A DNA stretch of 39,987 nt from Chrysochromulina tobinii (lineage: Eukaryota): NCBI GenBank assembly GCA_001275005.1, contig JWZX01003138.1:1-39987 (forward strand), read 5' to 3'. Below are positions 30,908 through 39,987 of this stretch, piece by piece. How positions within the stretch are numbered: position 1 is the stretch's first letter; the number at the start of each line of letters is the position of its first letter. The notes below the pieces were generated by a model that saw only the letters and a program-made list of their open reading frames with translations, searched no databases and was not told the origin of the DNA. The translations under genes and the position numbers were made by a program.

Positions 30908-33900
30908 ATGCGTCGCGGCCATGCAGACTCGTTGCTGCTCGCGTGGGCCCTTGCTGGCACGGTGCGTGCGCCCTTCGAAGTGCCGGCAGTCAACAAGCGG
31001 CTCGTGCTGGATGTCAACTTCGAGACGGCCAAAGATTACGACATCACATCCGCCTATGCCGTGCGCGGGTGGAACACGACGGAAGGGCATATGCGGATCA
31101 CATGCCCGTCGCCGGCCGCCAAACACGACGGCCGCTTTGGCATGTCCGTGCTCATCCGACCGCGCCTTCACTAAGAACTTCCACGCGCAGTTCTCGCTGC
31201 CGCACTTTATGACACGGCTCCAGCACAGCGGCTACCAGCTCACCTTCTGGGCAAAGCTCGCACGCGCCTCGGACCGCGAGGTGATGATGGAGGTAGTCTT
31301 CCTCGATGTCGACGAGGGCTACCAGTGGATTGGGGGCGCTGAGGTCGGACTCACCTCAGAGTTTCAGCACATTGCAATGGAGCCCGGTGACCATACAGCC
31401 AAATCACATAGCACACGATGCATGCGCACCGTGACCTCACTGAGTGTGGTCACGAGGACGAGCACACGAGCTCCTGCGAACACGATTCGCACACGGCCCT
31501 ATACCTCACGCATCCCTCGTGTGGTCACACGTGGTGCCGGGCGCCTCCTGTGCCCTCTTGCGGCCTTACTTGCGGCCCTGAGTAGAACTCTCTCTCTTTG
31601 CACTCCTCCCTTCGTTACTCCTCGTCCTCTCTCTTAATCCTATCTCGCGCCTCTCGCGCACAGTCTATACGACGCCTGCTCAGCGAGGTCACGAGATCCA
31701 GATTGCGTTCCTCATCGGACTTAAGGTGGCTGATTTCGCCTTTGATGACATCGAGCTCTATGAGCTCGACGTCATGTCGCCGCCGCCGCCCTCGCCGCCG
31801 CCGCCGCCCAGCACCCTGCTCTGGCTCGACGGGGAGGGTGGCCCGGGAGGTGTGCAGACTGTCCTCGCGACGGGCATCACTACGGGTAAGATGACGGCAG
31901 ATCTCTCGTCCACCGCGGCGGCGCACACGGGCAAGTACGGCTTCGAGATCACAGTGACTGAGCTCTTCCAGAACAACTGGCATGCATTGCTCTCACTGCC
32001 CGCATTCCTCGTCACTGACCACGAGCGCATGTATACACTCACCTTCTGGGCAAAGGGCAACGGCAACCCGCACCCGCGCCCCCAGGTGACCTTCCAGGAC
32101 GAGGACGCGCAGTACGCATACATCGACTCGGCCTACGTACAGCTAACGTCGTTCTGGCATCAGTACTCGGTGGCCCTCGCCATCCCGTACCGTCTGCGCG
32201 GGCACAACGTGATTGCCAACGTGATGGTGGGCGCGTACCTCGGCTCCTACTACTTCGACGACTTCCAAGTCACCAACAACCAGTTCATCTCGCCGCCGCC
32301 CTCGCCGCCCTTGCCGCCGCCCTCGCCGCCCCCGCACGTGCTCATGCAGCTCTCACTCGAGTCGTTCCAAAAGGGGACGATCAATTCGCAGGTGCGCGCG
32401 CGCCTCACGCGCGCGCCTCGTCCTTGCCTGCTCGACCAGCTCCTTTGCTTGGCCTTTGTGTGGCCTCTTTGTGTGGCCTCAAAGCTGCGCGCTACTGTTG
32501 GCTACAGGCCTCTCATCGACTCGATCTTAACACGCTTCATCTCACGCTCCATCGCCCGCCCCCGCCGCCCTCTCCGCGCCCTCTCCACCCCCGCTGCTCC
32601 CCGCAGGCATGGCCCGAGGGCGAGATGCACGTAACGCTGCAGTCGACGCAGGCCGCCCACTCGGGCCGGTACGGCGTGCTGATCAACGTGGCCAAGCGCT
32701 TTGAGCAGGACTGGCACGCGCAGGTGTCGCTCAAGGGCTTCACACCGCCCGATACGGACCACGGCTACATCTTCTCCTTTTGGGGGCGTGCGGCCGCCGA
32801 CGTGCCAGGAGGGCGCGCGATGCCCAAGGTTGTCTTCCAGGACGCAGACGATTCATACACTCCGCTCAAGCAAGTCTCGGTCCCTCTCACCTCGAGCTGG
32901 CAGATGTACGAGGTCGACATCTCGGTGCCCAAGTACCGCGAGGGTCACACGATCATCATCTCGTTCTGGGTTGGCGAATTCGCAGGCACTTACGCTCTCG
33001 ACGACTTCCAGGTGGACGTAGTCGCCTCCTTCCTGCCGCCGCCGCCGCCGCCGCCGCGCTCCAGCCACGCCGCGCCGCCGCCGCCCGGCGTGGTGGCTCT
33101 GCTCAGTTTCGAAGGCACCGACGACGGCGTCACATCGCAGCGCGCGGCCAACAACGGCTCCTGGGTTGTGTCCGTACCTGACGCGCGCGCGGCGCACTCG
33201 GGGGGTGCGGGGCTCTACGTGGAGGTCTCCAAAGCCTGGAAGGTCGCGTCGCTCGCTCGGCTGCTCCTTCCGCGCTACGTACCCCGCGCGGGCCAAGAGA
33301 TGCTCCTCCATCTCGCCTTTTGGGCCCGCGCCGAGAAGATGAAGTCGACGGACCCGACGCCGAGTGTGACGGTCGCCTTTCTCGACCTGCACAAGAACTA
33401 CGAGGAGATAGGCGCCGAGATGATCACGATCCCGCACACGGACTGGCAGATGCACTATGTCGTCATCGACCTCAAAGCGGAGCATGTGGGGCACTCAATA
33501 CGGCCCTACCTGTACATTGGCAAGGACGCGGGCATCTACTACTTTGATGAGTTCGAGTACAAGGAGATCGAGATCGAGGACGGGATGGCGTGGCTGCAGC
33601 GCGCGCCGGAGCGCATCCGCCGCCGCCGAATGGGCAAGTTCCAGCTCTCCTTTCACGACAACGACGACTGGCCGATCGACTACGGCGTCGCTGACGTCGC
33701 GCTCCAGCGTCATCACTTTGAGCTCGGTGTCGACGTGATGACACGCCCGATGTCAGCTATGGCCGCAGCCGACTACTTGTGGTACCTGCGCACGGCGGCG
33801 CGCCATTTTTGGGCGGGCGCCATCGAGCAAGGGCTGCTCTGGGCCGACTACGAGCCGACGCCAGGCGACATCTCGTCTTCGCAGAAGGCCATCGACGACG

Positions 33901-35054
33901 TGATCACCTGGTCAGGTTCGCAGAGCTGGAGCGCGATCTCGGCGACCCTTCTCGATGGCGGGCACGAGAAGAAGGAGCATTGGTCAAACAAGCTCGCATG
34001 CCAGGATCTCAAGGCGAGGCTGCACGAGCGGCTCGCGCGCGACCTTGCGCACTTCCGAGGCAAGATCAGGCTGTACGAGGTGTGGAAGGGCTCCCTCCAC
34101 TCGCGCGACTGGATCGACCGGTGCGGCGAGAGCCTCTACTTTGACGCCTACCGGTGGGCGCAGCAGGCCGACCCAGCGGCACTCCTGTGCTCCTCGGAGG
34201 CGGCGGTGCTCACCACACTCACCCTCACGAACGCGGAGGCGTATCACAATCTCGTCTATCGGCTCGTGGACCAGGGAGTGCCCATCAAGGCCGTGTGCGT
34301 GCAGGCGATCTTCGAGGGCGAGGTTGACGCCTCAACGGTCAAGCACCGGCTCGACGTCCTCCATGAGCTGCGGCTGCCCGTCTACATCACCGAGTTCACC
34401 ATCTCGGGCCTCGACCCGGCGAAGCATTCGTATGAGCTCGAAAAGTTCCTGCGGATAGCGTTCTCTCACGAGAGCGTCGCGGGCATTCTCCTCGGAGATC
34501 TGTGGGATCGCCCCGCCTCCGCCACGGGCAAAGCGATCACCTCCGGGCTGTACGCGGCCAACAAGGAGGCCAAGCCGGCCGCCGCGCGCCTCGACCACCT
34601 GTGGAAGAGCGAGTGGACCTCGAGGGTACAGAAGGGTCTCTCGTCCGAGGGCTCGCTCGACTTCGACGGCTACTACGGCAAGTACGAGTATCATCTCAAA
34701 TCGGACGACGGCAAGACGTGCGACGGCTCCATTGATTTGCATCCGGCGCAGGACGACAGTCAAAAGGAGAAGGGCGAGTGGGGGGCGCGCGGCGCGGCCG
34801 GAGAGGCGCAGACCTTTGTGGTCAAGTGCGATTGGGAAGGCCATATCCATGTGCCTGTCTGGGCGACGCCCGCGACGCTTGCTCTCATGTTCGTGCTCTG
34901 CTTGTTCTCGTGCTGGCGTCAGAAGGGGAAGCTTGGCCAGCGAAGGGCGCCGGGCCACCAGCGACTGCCGACTGTCCAAGAACCTGTGCCGACCAGGTCC
35001 GTCAAAGGTGCTTGGAAAGAGGATGCGAACGACGAGCCGTCGCAATGTGGCTGA
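30908..35054 (+). CDS. Type I membrane protein: signal peptide, 4 CBM4/22-like domains with poly-Pro linkers, GH10-like barrel, TM; 3 exons with one frameshift
   Basis: Exons 30908-31386, 31664-32391, 32607-35054; introns 31387-31663 and 32392-32606 (GT..AG, frame-compatible). Repeats AAHxGxxG...LxFWA(K/R)...YxFDD. GH10-like PVYITEF, LRIAFSHESVAGI, GYYGKY. TM LALMFVLCLF. One extra C at 31156-31157. Confidence 0.85.
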
Positions 35055-35857
35055 AGAATGCTGGCTTGGTGGTAGCTTGGTGGAGCCGCGACTGGCGCCA
35101 GTCACAAAGGAGAGCGAGCACCGAGATGGCTTGAGGTATGATGGGCTCAGAGGCGTATTCCTGCCCACTTGGCCTTGCACAATACTTGCACGACATCGAC
35201 CTTGCACGCCACGGCGTGGAGCGGTAGCGTACGGAACTCAGCACGACTTACGGGACGGCGGTCGACTCGACCGGTATTCGATTCCGAGAGTTAGTGTTCG
35301 ACATTATAATGCGTAAGTATAAAGAGATTATAAATAACGCCTACAGCGTACAGACAGCGTACACGTGGCGAGGGGTCACCCCCAGGCATACTAAGCGTGT
35401 ACGGTGTTCGCGACATTATACTGCGTCAAATACGCCGACAAAGCACTGTTTTCCTTTTCGGATTTCGCCTCGCGGCCGCGGGTAGTTTGGGGTTACCGCT
35501 GTGGCGTGTGTGGATCTCGGTTCAGGAAAACACCTGAACTCACTCACTCGCGCCACCAGACGCTCACGCTGGTGCCGTTAAGTGCGCCTCCCAGTCAGTC
35601 CAACAGTCAGTTCAGTTGCTTCGTCGCTTTCTCGGTCTATCTCGGTCGCGGTCCCCCCGCGCTCAGCCGCTCACCATATACAGTCACAACCCGTGGTCGC
35701 GACCGCCTCAGAGCGACGGCTCCGCTCGCCCCGCGGTCAACACAAGTACTGAGTCGACTCGCTCGCTCGGGCTACTCAATGTTTGCGGGTATTATTGCGG
35801 GTTCTACCTCCCCGTTTGCGCAGCACTAACCCTCCGGGTCGGCGGCCTCCACTTCGG

Positions 35858-36104
35858 ATGACCTCTGATGACCTCTGATGACCTCTGAGTACATCTGATT
35901 ACCTCTGATTACCTCTGATTACCTCTGATTAAATGTGATTACCTCTTCGTTCGCGCTGCATCAATCCTCCGTCGGCGGCCTCCACTTGATTACCGGGGCT
36001 GATTACCTCTGATTACCTCTGATTGGACCTCTGATTGGACCTCTGATTACCTCTGATTACCTCTTCGTTCGCGCTGCACCAATCCTCCGTCGGCGGCCTC
36101 CACC
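35858..36104. repeat. GAT(T/G)ACCTCT 10-mer arrays interleaved with duplicated copies of the 3' end of the adjacent gene
   Basis: (gattacctct)n arrays. The block acctcttcgttcgcgctgca(t/c)caatcctccgtcggcggcctccac occurs at ~35941 and ~36059, with a partial copy at ~35838. Confidence 0.9.
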
Positions 36105-38301
36105 GTCTGAAATTGCTGCACTCCCGTAAATACAGGGAACGCTGATCAAGCTCAGGGCCACCCTCAAGGGTGCGCAAGCCGCGGCTGGTCCACAAGGCGA
36201 GCCGCGAGCACGGGAACTCGATGCGGACGATCTTGGACGGGCTCGAGCGGCGTTGAACTGGGTGCACCTTGTTCCATTGCGCCAGCTCCCATGTCGAGAA
36301 GGGGCTGAAGCGGATGTTGATCTCGTCTTTTCCTCTGGGAACGTGTTCATGTATGAAGCACGCCACACGGACACGCCCGACCATGACGAGACCGCCCGCA
36401 ACAGGCCGAGAAGACGTGCGAGCGCCGTCCGAAGACAGCCACGGGGTGGTTCCAACTATCGGGCGCGGTGGAGACCACTCCAGCCCATCGACTGAGAACG
36501 TGATGCCTATGCACGCCCCACCACAATGCACGAGAGGCACAAGGGCTAGGAGCGTGCCTGGGTGCACCGGGTTTGTTTGCACCTCAAAGTGGCTCGTGCG
36601 CAAAGCCGTCCATTCAAGGCCCACAACCCTGAGCAACTGGAATGGCTGCCAGCCCTCCGCGCTCGAGCGTGTCATCTGCACGCCTTGCACGTTCCGTCCG
36701 AGCGTAGCGCTCGTGTACACCAGCCAGCGGCCGTTATGCCGAACGAGACTCAGCCGGCCGCTGAAGCCGCAGACATGATTGAACGACTCACCAGGGGCAT
36801 CCCTCGTCCTACGCAAGATTCGCCAGTTGCGCCTGTCACGGCCGTTGTTCTCGATGCAACCACTGTGATTGCCGTCAAAAAGGAGGCGAAACTCGCGCCA
36901 GTTGCCTGCCGGCTGCACTGGGCTGGGGTAAAATTGCCCGCGGCCGGCGTAAGTTGGTGGCTGTTCTTCCTGTGCCCCCGAGCTCCATCTCCATGACTCG
37001 CCTGTGGCCATGAACACGCCTCGCTCTTCGTCGAATGGCGAGCGGTACCGACCGCCGACAATGGCATACCGACCTTCATCTTGATCGCGCACGATGGCCA
37101 AGTTGGCTGTCATGTGATAGGGTACTCCTAGGTGCTTCGCGGAGCTCTCATTCGTCCCAGCAAACATGACCAGATGAGCCTGAGCAGCTTGGAATGATTG
37201 TCCAGCGTCATGCGAGACTATGCCGGCGATCCACCTTTTGTCATCTTCGTCGCCGACGTTATTAAAGATGAGGCAGAGAGACCTTTTCACGCGCTTCGCG
37301 GGGCCAGGGCCACACGGAATCATGGCGTAATCCCGGATGCCGAACCTGATGGCGTCCTCGAAGCTGCGAAACATTGCGAACCGAGGCGTCGCTCTAGAAG
37401 GATCCCATTCAGGCTGAGGGGCCCGGCTCGCACGAGAAAACACGACCGGCTCACTGTTGACATCACATCGCCTTGCCTCGGCAGCATCGCCAAATTCGAG
37501 AAGAGGCCGCGTGGAGCGACAGAGAGAGTGCCGGGCAGACATGAGCTCGCCTACGCACCAAAGACGTGTTCCAATGCGTTCGCACTCGTTCGGTTCTTTC
37601 TCGGGAACTGCTGGGGGTGCGACTTGGTTTCGCGCACGCACGACGCTCCACGCACTCTGCACCCAGCACTACTCGCCTCTCGGAGCTCGGTAGGCATTGT
37701 AGTATTGCTCACCTGAGATTATGTAATTGTCCTGGTTGTCAAACCGAGTCCGTTTTGAATCACAACCGGTGCCAACCATGACCAGCATTGATGCCACTTT
37801 CGGGCTGGCCAAACGTAGAGCCATGTGCACCTCGAGTATAAGGGTCTGGCGCGCACTTGCTGTCTGCGCATCCATCTCGACGATGATGATGTGACAAGAC
37901 GCGTCGATGGCGCTGCCCAGGACAGCACGTGCGGAGTACAATGCTGGTCCGGGTGTGAGCAAGCGGCTCTGAACGCACTTGCGCATAGAGTGGAGGATGC
38001 TGTCCACGAGTGGAGGTGACGATGCGTTGCCCTCGAATGCAATGCCAACATATTTCGAGTATTCCATCTCTGAGCACAAGCTCGAGGCGTGCAGACCACT
38101 TCGGATGTTTAATTCGCAGATGGTGGGCGTCTCCTCGGGCCAAGCCTTCGAAGCAAATGTCTTAGCTTTGGAAATCACAAACGCGGGGATTTGTTGAAGC
38201 TGCACCATCCTGCTTCGCGCGGGCGGCGTGCCACCCGCATCGCGGAACCACACAGAGCCTGAAGACGCGCTCTGGGACGCGAAGACGCTGCTCGCAAACA
38301 A
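36013..38301 (-). pseudogene. Methyltransferase-like N-terminal domain + beta-propeller-like domain, interrupted by one in-frame TAG
   Basis: ORFs 37669-38301 and 36013-37662 share a frame: ...RAPRGE*CWVQSAW.... Motifs TICELNIRSG and CHIIIVE, then GRLSLVRHNGRWLVY, VQTNPV, FSVDGLEWS. No in-frame ATG at the 5' end of the frame. Confidence 0.5.
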
Positions 38302-38665
38302 CCATGCGTTCGAGACTGTTCATGTGAAGTAAAAAGAAGAGTGGTTCCATACATGTAAAGGAACTTGAGAGTGCTCCGACGCGGCGCGATTACACTAGCT
38401 TTAAGACACTCCGTGTCCCTACCCCTCCTTAGAGACACTCTGTAGAGTCCCTTCCCACGCAAGTCAAGTAGACGAACACATAAACACCTCTTTTTACTGG
38501 TGCTTTTCGTACCGAGTCGCGAGCGTTCGTTTTCCCATGAGCCGTTGTTGCGGTAGTTTTCGTCAGAAGCCGGCCGTTTTGAAACGTGGACGGGTGTGTA
38601 ACGTCGTTTTTCCTGCCTACAAGTAGACGCTGCCGTGCACCGCCACGGCCACCTCCGCGAGAGAG

Positions 38666-39105
38666 ATGAGCCAAACAGAAATGTGGACATCATCGGGCGA
38701 CGCCCGGCCATGGACATCCGAGATTGCGGTGCCTCTCGTGGGCTACAAGCCCAAGTACAACTTGCCGGTCGGCGGGACGGCGGCGGCGATGGCGGGGCTG
38801 ACGGCAGAGAACCTGAGCCAGACTGCAATGGTGCAGAAATCAGCAGGCACGAAGGCACGCAAGGAGATGTGGCTCGCCACAACAGATCCGGGCGTTGACA
38901 CCGTGCGGGTGCCCGCCGGCATGCCAGCCTCTACCTATGAGCGGCCACCGCAGCAGCACCAGCAGCAGGTTGTTTTGTTGCAGGTGTGCGCCGCTGTCTC
39001 ACGGACACAAACCGTGTCGTGTGGCCTCCTACTGACGCGTGTGACGTCTGTTTGCAGGGGTTCATCAAGGATCGCCATCCCATGTACAAGGAACCCGCGA
39101 TGTAA
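38666..39105 (+). CDS. Small hypothetical protein (~121 aa); 2 exons
   Basis: Exon 38666-38983, intron 38984-39057 (GTGTGC...ACTGAC branch...TTGCAG), exon 39058-39105 encoding GFIKDRHPMYKEPAM*. Confidence 0.6.
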
Positions 39106-39987
39106 TGGCAATACGAATCTCCGCAGCGAATCTCGACGCAGGCCTCCACAGAAAATCCCACAGGACTCCATGATTCAAAGCATGATCAATGATTGTCAAG
39201 CGTCTAGCTCGACGCCTTGACAAGACCTCGGCAGGTCCTCGAAGCCCACGATAGGGGCTGGGTCGCGAGCGGACGCCGCACAGCGCGATCGCGCAAACCA
39301 ACGGCTCGCTCTGGCCGTCGCTCCGGCGGTGTCGCCGGGACGTTATGTGGGAATGTTGTGCTGCGTTTGCCGGCACGAGCGTTTGCCAAAAGCACGTCAC
39401 TCGTTAGCATTTCAAGATACTAAATTTATATTCCTAACTTTAGCGCCGTATGAGTCATGCTGTGAGCGGAGCCGACACCCGGAAAGCCGCGGACGGGCCG
39501 CGCGGACGCGGTCGCGGGGCCAGAACGACGCCGGTCGCCGCGCCGGCCCCGGCGCGGCGCCGTCGCGCTTCGTCGCGCGGCCGCGCCACACAGTCTCTGG
39601 CTACTCGAAGGCGACTCGGCGAGGGTCCTTGCGGACGGTCCTCAGGCCGTGTCGAGGCGCGGCCCGAAACCGGGAGCGCCGCCCCGCGCCCGGGCCCGCC
39701 GCCGCGCCGGCGGGGACGACCGGGGGCGTCGCGGCGCGTGCGCGCCGCGGCGGTCGGGTGACGCCCGCGTGACCGGTGTGTAACGCGTGTCCGTGTGTCC
39801 GTGTGTACTCAAGTCTCAACCGCGAACCGCGGACCGCTCTCGCCGCGCTCGCGCGGTTGGTACCACGCCGTACCACGAGCGTACCTGCGTACCGCTGCGT
39901 AGACGTGTTGCACGCCGGTGTGAAACGAGATCCGACAAAATTTTCGAACTCCCGCAATGCGGGACCCCACTCGACTTTTCTCGCGGC

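Noticed and set aside
35858..36062. Repeat-spacer-like pattern as a possible CRISPR array
   Set aside because: 10-bp tandem units with duplicated rather than unique spacers, in a eukaryotic context with no cas genes.
10528..38301. Glycan-related genes as a biosynthetic gene cluster
   Set aside because: They are interspersed with unrelated housekeeping genes, and such families are commonly expanded in algae, so there is no evidence of functional clustering.

Overview
GC-rich, gene-dense eukaryotic nuclear DNA with short GT-AG introns (donors often GTGCGC) and many head-to-head gene pairs. Style and gene content suggest an alga with a complex red plastid, most plausibly a haptophyte (inference only). 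Recognisable genes: a signal-peptide RHD3/Sey1-like GTPase with degenerate motifs, DnaJ-TPR, PDZ/coiled-coil, a thioredoxin-like [2Fe-2S]/FNR-type reductase fusion, a GH130/BMT-like propeller, an LRR protein, CDP-DAG synthase, a family-16 methyltransferase, NDUFV2, a two-domain glycosyltransferase, an organellar helical-repeat protein, and a CBM4/22-repeat + inactive GH10 membrane protein. Most notable: (1) a decayed NLR-like NACHT-WD40 gene with a RelA/SpoT-type nucleotidyltransferase domain inserted inside the NACHT module and a ~375-bp internal inversion; (2) a selenoprotein K gene whose UGA the ORF track reads as stop, with a SECIS-like hairpin downstream; (3) a sulfotransferase remnant not shown in the ORF track; (4) CAAGT arrays just upstream of start codons. 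All protein calls are from motif recognition; no database search was run.
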